From positions 4,219-68,218 of the forward strand of contig CAZKVS010000003.1 of the NCBI GenBank assembly GCA_964556325.1: 64,000 bases of DNA, in the 5' to 3' direction. Below, one piece after another: positions 56,693 through 64,000 of this stretch (position 1 is its first letter; each line of letters starts with the position of its first letter). The stretch is from an uncultured Candidatus Saccharibacteria bacterium (GTDB taxonomy: Bacteria; Patescibacteriota; Doudnabacteria; UBA920). The translations under genes and the position numbers were made by a program. The notes beneath the pieces are model-generated. The model was given only the letters and a program-made list of their open reading frames with translations, made no database searches and was not told where the DNA came from.

Positions 56693-57796
56693 TTACCAAC
56701 CCTGCTTAATAGACGCAACGATATATTCTCTATCCTCCGGGGTGACCCACCACCCAACCGGTATACACACCATCTCAGTAATAAACTTATCCAGCTCAGG
56801 AAGGGGCCTCTTATATGCTGCCACGGTCGTATGCTTGTCGTTTCGCTCATGTACACGAGATGCCATAATCCCCCGCTCTTTCATGGTCGCTATAAAGCGT
56901 TCTCTCTCTCGCACTTTAATCGTGTAAATCCAATATACACTCTCCCGATCAGGCTCTTCGGCAAGCAAAGCGAGGCCGGGTACTCCAGCCAACTGTTGAT
57001 TGTAAAATGCCGCATTCTCTTTATGTTTTGCGATATTGCCGTCTATATACTTCAACTGCTCAATCCCAATGGTGGCGGCGACATCGTTCATGTGATACTT
57101 AAGCCCCCACTCCAAAACGTCATTCTCACACCGAAAATCAGCTCTAGGGGTTTCTCGGTCAATACCGTACCAGCGTAGCAGTTTTGCACGTTTGTAATCA
57201 GCTTCGCTCTTTGTGACTACCAACCCCCCATCTACCGTGGTCATATGCTTAATAGCTTGAAAACTAAATACACCAAAATCAGACTGAGTTCCAACTGGCA
57301 CACCACGGTACGTTGAGCCAAAGGCATGAGCAGCATCTTCTATCACCTTTAAATTATGCTTTTTCGCAATTGACCATATAGCTTCCATGTCACATGGATA
57401 CCCACCCCAATGCACAACCATGATAGCTTTCGTTTTGTTAGTAATCAGCTGCTCAATACTAAGCGGATTTATATTGGCAGTTTGCTCATCGACATCGGCC
57501 CATACTGGAATAGCCCCTTGCGCCAAGATTGGCCAATTGGTCGCAGTGCAGGTTAATGCGGTTGTAATAACTTCATCGCCCGGCCCCACGTCTGCCAAAC
57601 GAAGCGCAAGCTGCAAGCCCGAGGTCGCTGAATTAACCGTAACCGTGTACGGGGTATGGAGCCGCTCGCTCAACGCGTGCTCAAACTGATCAACCTTAGG
57701 ACCCTGTCCAATGTAACCACTCATAAGAGTCTCGCGTAAAGGTTCCATAACGGACTCAGGCATAAATACTTTAAACAATACAATATTCTGTTTCAT
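56693..57796 (-). CDS. DegT/DnrJ/EryC1/StrS sugar aminotransferase
   Basis: GP.V..FE, NSATSGL, EDAAHAFG, FSFQAIKHMTT.DGG. Confidence 0.94.
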   Translation of the reverse strand: MKQNIVLFKVFMPESVMEPLRETLMSGYIGQGPKVDQFEHALSERLHTPYTVTVNSATSGLQLALRLADVGPGDEVITTALTCTATNWPILAQGAIPVWADVDEQTANINPLSIEQLITNKTKAIMVVHWGGYPCDMEAIWSIAKKHNLKVIEDAAHAFGSTYRGVPVGTQSDFGVFSFQAIKHMTTVDGGLVVTKSEADYKRAKLLRWYGIDRETPRADFRCENDVLEWGLKYHMNDVAATIGIEQLKYIDGNIAKHKENAAFYNQQLAGVPGLALLAEEPDRESVYWIYTIKVRERERFIATMKERGIMASRVHERNDKHTTVAAYKRPLPELDKFITEMVCIPVGWWVTPEDREYIVASIKQGW

Positions 57797-57843
57797 AAAA
57801 ATCTGTGAATGCTATTTAAGGATTATATTCTAAGCCCACCAGT

Positions 57844-58698
57844 CTAGCCTGCATAAAAACTTGTACCAGATATGAACCCGCCAGGGGCGGCTGGATGAGG
57901 TATGTAAGAAAAATCATATTTATATCCTTTCTCCGCAAGCAAACGAGGAACGTTGTAATGCGTGTACCCTGGATGTTCCCGAGCAATTACAAGAGGTTTG
58001 TCCAGCAGCTCTACTTTATTTTCGCATGTCTGATAGAACCAAACAATATATTGCATTTTTAATTCTAACAGGTCTTGTACCGCGGATAATTCCAAGAAAT
58101 TCACCACCCCATTCAATACCAATATACAATGCTCGCGGCCATACTGAGCAATAATGCTTTCAAGCGCTGCCGTTGGCGACCAGTGAATATCAGGTCTTAG
58201 TTCTGCATTATAGCTCAACGTTTCTGGGCGAATTTCAAGACCATATACACCTGAAACTCGGGAGCCGTATCTATTGGCAAGCTCTTCTGTTAAAAGACCA
58301 GCCCCACAGCCGTAGTCTATAAGCACACACCTATGCGAATCACCAGCCTTGTCGAGCACGTTCCCAACCCGTTCCAAAGCACGACGATAGTTCTGTTCAT
58401 ACATCCCTCGCTTTGCGTTACCTCCGGCCAGGCGCTGTTTGAGGTCATATAAAAATCCTTCCGTTTCTGAGTATCCTGGACGGGTATAGCCAGCTAAGGA
58501 CTTCAAGTATAAACGATCCACAACATAGTAACTCAATCTCCGGGCTACCCATAGATACCGCGCATGCAAGTATAGCCACCGCCTGCCTTTTCCGCGGCGA
58601 AGCACATACTTATACATAGTCGCATACAAAGGATACAGAGGCAGTTCTACGAGTAGTACTAATCGGCTGAATAGCCTAGGCAACTTATTTCTATTCAT
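57844..58698 (-). CDS. class I SAM-dependent methyltransferase
   Basis: LIDYGCGAG, YGLEI. Confidence 0.7.
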   Translation of the reverse strand: MNRNKLPRLFSRLVLLVELPLYPLYATMYKYVLRRGKGRRWLYLHARYLWVARRLSYYVVDRLYLKSLAGYTRPGYSETEGFLYDLKQRLAGGNAKRGMYEQNYRRALERVGNVLDKAGDSHRCVLIDYGCGAGLLTEELANRYGSRVSGVYGLEIRPETLSYNAELRPDIHWSPTAALESIIAQYGREHCILVLNGVVNFLELSAVQDLLELKMQYIVWFYQTCENKVELLDKPLVIAREHPGYTHYNVPRLLAEKGYKYDFSYIPHPAAPGGFISGTSFYAG

Positions 58699-60379
58699 GA
58701 GATAACCACTTAGTCGTATACAGAGGATTCTGCCATGCCGGGTTCCCTTCGTCCATAAAATCAACACTGGTGTAATCGTAGCCGGTTATCCGGTAGTTTA
58801 CCCAGTCAGCGAAGAAAGGACGATCTTGACATACAATACCAGCCAAGGCATCAACACCACATCCTACATCAATAAATACTGCATCTGTATATTCCTTAAG
58901 GAGAGGCAATAAAGCTAACTTCGCACTACCTGCTCCAACCAAGAAAATTTTGGCCTTGCTTTTCCGTAGTTGCGGGCCAATCGTTCGGGCTACTTGCTCA
59001 ACATCATCAGCCGCTCCCCGCTGTGGAACTTCTATGTAGTCAGTAAATTGTTCACATCCAATATATGCTTGATATTCCGAAGAACGCATTAACACCTGTA
59101 TAAGGTCAAGCTTCGGCTTGGCGGCAATAATCCCTATCTCGCCCGGAAAGTTTTTGAATATCCACTTAGTCCCGACCAATGCATATACCGCGTCCATGGG
59201 TGGCAAATCTTTTGCCAAAAGACGCTCTGCTTGTCTCTTATAGGCTCCTCGTTCTCGCATTGCAGCTACTGGAATCCAGACTTTCAAGAAAAACCAATTT
59301 CCCGCTATCCATCCAAACAGAGCGTCGAACGCATATTGCATATACAAAGTTGCCCTGGGCCGTTTCAGCTTTCGCCCCATATGTCGAAATATGCTGTCGG
59401 TAAACGTGTAAAATAGGAACTTCTTCCAACGGACAAACATGGGTCGCTCAAAGCTCAGGGCAAGCACATCATTCAGCCACACCAACTTGTAATATAAGTC
59501 CATCTGAATATGGCCATACTCTTTCGTAATTGCTCTTTTACCCGGCTTGGCACTCCCAATAGGTATCTGGCGAAGAAAATAATAATCACCGTCCGATATC
59601 CTTACTATACTTGCGCTCTTCTTTCCATCAACCAAAGCACGAACGTCCGTGCACAACTTCATAAACGATTGCTGAAACGACTTCGGGTATAACCCACGAC
59701 GCGTATAATTCTTTCTGTGGCCCGCATCGTCGGTATGTATTTTTTGTATAAAATAGGTTGTCTGAACGGGTAAGAAACTCAGTTTTCGAAAAACCATTAT
59801 ATCATCCTCCCACCACGGGTAACCAAACCTGCCTATATGCTCGCTCAAAGCCGCCGCGAGACTCGCCGTTGCTTCGGGCCAATAGACCAAACCTCGCTTA
59901 GCTAATTTGCCCTGGATATATTTCTTTGGCCTCGGGTTTTGATGTTGGTCATTATCGTGAGAAATTGCGTTTGACCAAGTTAATACAAGAATATCTTCCA
60001 CAGGTTTAGATACGTTATCCAAAAACACCTCTTCAGATGCTTTCTCAATGTGCTCTCCCACTTCGCTGCAATTTACTATGCTGTAGGTGCGGCCAAGGTC
60101 CTGGGGCTGGGCGAGATCCGTCAAGGTAATAGCATCCCGTACGGAAGGGTCGGCGTATTCTTGCGCCCACTTAAAATAGTCACATCCTTGCAACTGAACA
60201 TGGGGATGACGTTTTTTAATACTCTCTAAAAGCCTGCCGTTGCTACACCCAATGTCTAAAAAGCTATCAACCAGAGAAAAATCAAACACCGTCTCTAGGG
60301 AATCTAAATAAAACTTGTACGGCAACAAGCTACGATCATATTCCTGTTCTGTATACTCTTTTTCCAACTTAGTGTTCAT
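58691..60379 (-). CDS. fusion of SAM methyltransferase and GT-D-fold-like domain
   Basis: N-terminal LDIGCSNG, EVGEH; C-terminal SIVRISDGD, FLVGAG, FIDVG. Confidence 0.65.
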   Translation of the reverse strand: MNTKLEKEYTEQEYDRSLLPYKFYLDSLETVFDFSLVDSFLDIGCSNGRLLESIKKRHPHVQLQGCDYFKWAQEYADPSVRDAITLTDLAQPQDLGRTYSIVNCSEVGEHIEKASEEVFLDNVSKPVEDILVLTWSNAISHDNDQHQNPRPKKYIQGKLAKRGLVYWPEATASLAAALSEHIGRFGYPWWEDDIMVFRKLSFLPVQTTYFIQKIHTDDAGHRKNYTRRGLYPKSFQQSFMKLCTDVRALVDGKKSASIVRISDGDYYFLRQIPIGSAKPGKRAITKEYGHIQMDLYYKLVWLNDVLALSFERPMFVRWKKFLFYTFTDSIFRHMGRKLKRPRATLYMQYAFDALFGWIAGNWFFLKVWIPVAAMRERGAYKRQAERLLAKDLPPMDAVYALVGTKWIFKNFPGEIGIIAAKPKLDLIQVLMRSSEYQAYIGCEQFTDYIEVPQRGAADDVEQVARTIGPQLRKSKAKIFLVGAGSAKLALLPLLKEYTDAVFIDVGCGVDALAGIVCQDRPFFADWVNYRITGYDYTSVDFMDEGNPAWQNPLYTTKWLSHE

Positions 60380-60391
60380 GGGTAAATAGTT

Positions 60392-61927
60392 TCAATATCG
60401 CTTAATAAAAGACAGAATATAATTCTTTACTAACAGACTGTCTTCTTGTTCGAAAAAACCAAATACTTTATATAACCCTAAAAAGATCAGCACAGCAAGC
60501 GGGCCCAGAACCACCACCTCAACCAAGCCATTAAGCAGAGGCGCCAGTCCCCAATGATACACTACCCAAAAAACCGCGCTCGTACATACCGCTTTACATA
60601 TGAACTGTATATAAAAACGCGCTCTGTGTGGCAACTTCAATATGCGCTGTTCTGTCCACACAATACACCCTATGACAGGTAAAACGGCAAAAAGATACGC
60701 CCACGCGGCCCCTGTGATCCCATATCGAGGTACTGCTATTAGCAACAATCCCACATTCAACACGGCCATGGCACAGGACCACTTCATAAGCTGGGAAATG
60801 TACCCATAACCCGACAAAAAGTTTTGTAAAACTCCGTACAGAGCTAAGAAAAAGTTAGTCCCAACCAACAACACTAAGACGCGCGCACCCTGTTCAGCAA
60901 ATTGTGGTCCAAGCCAAAAACGGAGAAGCGGATCAGCGAACAGCGCGAGCGGCACTGCCATTGCCAGAGTTATGACCAGCATATTTCTCATAACCCGAGT
61001 GTAGACCACTTTGGCTTTTTCGATAGAGCTAACCCCCTGGAGCGAACTCATGAGAGGAAACAACACGCTAGTTGTGCTAGATCCAACTCCATTAATCTTT
61101 TCCGCAACATTGCCGGGCAAACTATAGTAAGACAGCTGTACCGGACTTAAATACAAAGGAATGATAAGTCGGTCAAATTGAGCCAAAGTGTTGTTGGATA
61201 AGTTTGTTATAAAAAACTGGATACCATATCTAAAAGAGCTCTTTATTTCCATTGAATCCCAGCTGAAATGGAATGAATAGTGGGGCAATATATGAGTAAG
61301 ACGCCAACTATATACCACCATACAAACTGTCGCGATGATCATGTTTGAGATGAGTAAAGCCTGTAGGCCAAAACCCTGCACCACCAGGAGTAAACTCACT
61401 AAACTTGCGACTATGTTTTGGACCAAGCCCATACTGACCGTAATGTCATACCGCTGTAACGATTTTAAAACATAGACCGCTACTAAACTCACTGAAGTAG
61501 CCACGTAGGCCAACCCACTATATATAAACGCCTTAAGCACATAGGCGTGCTGATCAGCGGCAACGTGAAACCAATTCAGCCCTACTAGTCCCAACACTAA
61601 AAAGATTAGAAAACCCACTAGTCCCAATATGAAAAAAATAGTGTAGGCCGATCCAAGTAAACGTCTCTGTCCCAACAGGTCTTGCTTCGCAACATACTCC
61701 GCCATCTTTTTTACAATGGCCATCCCCACTCCAAAGTCCATGAGGTTTAAAAAGCCCATAATGGTAGCTGTGAGAAGTAATATACCATAATCGCGAACCC
61801 CAAGCCGGTGAACAATTATCGGGGTAATAAGGATCGTAAATACTAACGGAAAGATATAGCCAAAAAAAGAATAGCCAAAGTTCTTAAGCGTCCGCGCGGA
61901 AAGTGTTTTTGGGTCATCCATTGTCAT
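60392..61927 (-). CDS. Wzx oligosaccharide flippase
   Basis: Many TM helices, LG...YG, DFGVG, DR..I, LFP, YGI.GAAWA. Confidence 0.9.
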   Translation of the reverse strand: MTMDDPKTLSARTLKNFGYSFFGYIFPLVFTILITPIIVHRLGVRDYGILLLTATIMGFLNLMDFGVGMAIVKKMAEYVAKQDLLGQRRLLGSAYTIFFILGLVGFLIFLVLGLVGLNWFHVAADQHAYVLKAFIYSGLAYVATSVSLVAVYVLKSLQRYDITVSMGLVQNIVASLVSLLLVVQGFGLQALLISNMIIATVCMVVYSWRLTHILPHYSFHFSWDSMEIKSSFRYGIQFFITNLSNNTLAQFDRLIIPLYLSPVQLSYYSLPGNVAEKINGVGSSTTSVLFPLMSSLQGVSSIEKAKVVYTRVMRNMLVITLAMAVPLALFADPLLRFWLGPQFAEQGARVLVLLVGTNFFLALYGVLQNFLSGYGYISQLMKWSCAMAVLNVGLLLIAVPRYGITGAAWAYLFAVLPVIGCIVWTEQRILKLPHRARFYIQFICKAVCTSAVFWVVYHWGLAPLLNGLVEVVVLGPLAVLIFLGLYKVFGFFEQEDSLLVKNYILSFIKRY

Positions 61928-62796
61928 GCACGATTATATATTCGACCATAGTGTTTTGATATATTTTCAAAACTAACAGTATCCAAACGTTCCTTTAAAA
62001 TGTCCATGGAGAACGTATTCCGAAAATCTAAAAAAGCGGGAGGGGTAGACTCTGTCCACATGCCGTACTGTAACTGTTCTGGATTGAGCATGCCCTTCTC
62101 AATGCAATATTCTACATCTGACGGGTGCATACCCAGGACGTTTATACGGCCGGGCCAACGACCGGAAAGCGCGCTCTCCTCAACCCAATCAAAGGACAAT
62201 GGATTTTTCGCCCCAATAATCTCCCATCCGTCATGTTTTGCCCACCAGGAACCCCGAAGCTCCAACTGCCAGGGCGTCCACCAGTGCCAAAAGTATTTCA
62301 AAAAGTACTCTCGATTCCATACGGATGTCTGGCACACCAGACGATACGAAGCCTGGGGCAAAAGGGCATAGACTGTCCCCTTCTCGGTTTTTTCTATTTC
62401 CGTAAAGCCTGCAAGAGGTGACCACCCCAGGCCTATCCTACCCACTTTTTTGTGAGCTCGAGCATACGCAAGTAGCCGCTCAAGCACCTCTTCGTTTAAA
62501 GCCTGATTCGGCAAATAATCATCCAGGGTTAAAATAAAATACTCACTCGTTTCATGGTGTTTAATATACTGGTATATATCTCTTGTCCACCTGCGAACAT
62601 CGTTTTTCTGCCTAATAGAAACAAAGTTAAAATTGTTTGGCAGCACGACCGACAATTGCGATTGCCCTAAAATGGTGAAAGACTGCTCCTCTTTTCTGTG
62701 CCAATACTTATTATATAAATAAGCAACTGTAGGCAGGATATGCGCGGTCGCGTCAGAAGTGACAATATAAAATGGTAAGTTCTGTGACATATACAC
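61924..62796 (-). CDS. putative GT-A-like glycosyltransferase
   Basis: YFILTLDDY, WNREYFLK, TPWQLE. Confidence 0.55.
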   Translation of the reverse strand: MYMSQNLPFYIVTSDATAHILPTVAYLYNKYWHRKEEQSFTILGQSQLSVVLPNNFNFVSIRQKNDVRRWTRDIYQYIKHHETSEYFILTLDDYLPNQALNEEVLERLLAYARAHKKVGRIGLGWSPLAGFTEIEKTEKGTVYALLPQASYRLVCQTSVWNREYFLKYFWHWWTPWQLELRGSWWAKHDGWEIIGAKNPLSFDWVEESALSGRWPGRINVLGMHPSDVEYCIEKGMLNPEQLQYGMWTESTPPAFLDFRNTFSMDILKERLDTVSFENISKHYGRIYNRA

Positions 62797-62800
62797 CCAA

Positions 62801-63757
62801 TTATCGCACCGAGGGTTGATTGACTATCAAATCCGATATATCAACAGCCGTCATAGGTATGGCATTGGCCGTAGAATAGCAAACTAACACAGGCTCTACA
62901 GCCGGTTGATTAAACGTAATAATAAAATGATCAATGTCATTATATTTTTTTGCTTCTGTATACGGAAGTTCTAAGTCACCAATAAGAAACTCGTCAACCC
63001 GCTCACCAGGACGCTGACCCGTGTACTCCACACTCCCACCTTTAGCCTGCACCCACGTAGTAGCAATATCACCAAGCCTCGCCACCTTCATTGCCCGAGA
63101 CAATACCCGACCGTGTAATTCGTCAATGTGAGTAATGGCAGTTTCAATAAGCTTTACTGCGTCTCCTACAGTGAAGAAGAAACGTCGCATGTCTGGATCA
63201 GTCACCGTAATGGTATTGGTTTGTGCGTGTCGCTCTTTCCACACGGGCAACACAGAACCCGTTGACCACGCCACATTTCCATAACGGACACATACAAACT
63301 GCGTCGAGGCTTTACTATCAAGCCCGCAGAATATCTTTTCCATGACCGCCTTGGACATACCATACATATTGCGCACCGGCGGCGCTGCTTTATCAGTAGA
63401 AATACCTACCACCACTTCTACATTTTGATCCAAAGCGACGCGGGCAACATTCTGAGAACCAAGTACGTTAATATCCACACATTCCATCGGATACTTTTCC
63501 GACAAATCTACATATTTGGTTGCCGCAGCATGAATGATAATATGGGGACGAAACTCATTGACCACGTCGCGAACAGACTCAATGTTTGTAACATCAAGTG
63601 GCGCGACAACACAACCGGTTGCTTTACCGGCTTCCAACATTTGTTTATTATTTCTTGCGCCCAATATTACTGTGTAGCGGTCTTTAAGCGAAACGGCCAA
63701 ATTTCTGCCCAAAAAACCAGTGCCGCCGGTAATCAATATTGTCTTTTTTTCACTCAT
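62801..63757 (-). CDS. UDP-sugar 4,6-dehydratase/epimerase (Polysacc_synt_2, PseB/FnlA-like)
   Basis: TGGTGFLG, HAAATK.V, STDKA..P...YG.SK, VRYGNV..S.GSV, M.RFF, RPGE. Confidence 0.9.
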   Translation of the reverse strand: MSEKKTILITGGTGFLGRNLAVSLKDRYTVILGARNNKQMLEAGKATGCVVAPLDVTNIESVRDVVNEFRPHIIIHAAATKYVDLSEKYPMECVDINVLGSQNVARVALDQNVEVVVGISTDKAAPPVRNMYGMSKAVMEKIFCGLDSKASTQFVCVRYGNVAWSTGSVLPVWKERHAQTNTITVTDPDMRRFFFTVGDAVKLIETAITHIDELHGRVLSRAMKVARLGDIATTWVQAKGGSVEYTGQRPGERVDEFLIGDLELPYTEAKKYNDIDHFIITFNQPAVEPVLVCYSTANAIPMTAVDISDLIVNQPSVR

Positions 63758-63767
63758 AAAATATAAT

Positions 63768-64000
63768 TTACCACTCTTTAACGGTATCGCGGGTCTTTGC
63801 CTTTACTACCTGATACGCGTCGGTTGCCTTCTTGTCCAAGCTGGGCGATACCAATTTCAGGATGTCGTGACCTAAAATACGATATTGCTTGCCTATCTTA
63901 TTGGCATTCAATAAACCGCTTTTTAATATACGCTTCATGGTACTATTACTTATTTTAAGTAATTCCTGAGTTTCTTTGGTCGTATATACTTCATTTGGAC
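63768..64000 (-). CDS. HTH_17 (excisionase-like) DNA-binding protein, 5' end beyond the window
   Basis: PNEVYTTKETQELLKISNSTMKRILKSGLLNANKIGKQYRILG...KEW*. Confidence 0.8.
   Translation of the reverse strand, partial: PNEVYTTKETQELLKISNSTMKRILKSGLLNANKIGKQYRILGHDILKLVSPSLDKKATDAYQVVKAKTRDTVKEW

Noticed and set aside
56441-57178. 245-aa plus-strand ORF and similar long antisense ORFs
   Set aside because: Shadows of well-supported opposite-strand genes with no recognisable motifs
1-64000. CRISPR array, cas genes, rRNA, integrase or transposase
   Set aside because: No regularly spaced repeat-spacer array and no recognisable motifs for these genes
1-64000. Alternative genetic code 25 (TGA=Gly)
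   Set aside because: Intact genes such as fur (17192), the TehB-like gene (22388) and rfbD (29820) end at TGA at expected lengths

Overview
This looks like chromosomal DNA from a small-genome bacterium, most likely Patescibacteria/CPR. That call is inference from the compact type IV pilus operon, the CxxC-x17-CxxC protein, scarce Shine-Dalgarno motifs and many tiny palindromic inserts. TGA acts as a stop, so the code is 11. The window holds housekeeping genes (dus, engB, typA, holA, YbaK-family, cold-shock), three tRNAs (His-GTG, Arg-TCG, Lys-CTT), metal-handling genes (NRAMP, VIT1, ZIP, multicopper oxidase, Fur), rmlBCDA, a pilB-C-M-N-O operon and a surface-polysaccharide locus. Best candidates for new biology: (1) a coupled four-gene operon (CooC-like ATPase, two PLP aminotransferases, divergent isonitrile-synthase-like protein) behind a perfect 9-1-9 palindrome and divergent from a Fur-family regulator, possibly a metal-responsive small-molecule pathway; (2) a GIY-YIG nuclease between copies of tRNA-Lys in which the partial copies carry small hairpin inserts also seen elsewhere; (3) a c-di-AMP riboswitch followed only by tiny ORFs, with an upstream anti-aptamer strand; (4) a Cys-rich leader peptide plus terminator ahead of a PIG-L deacetylase; (5) in-frame repeat insertions in an O-antigen ligase. 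All family calls come from motif recognition by eye; no searches were run.
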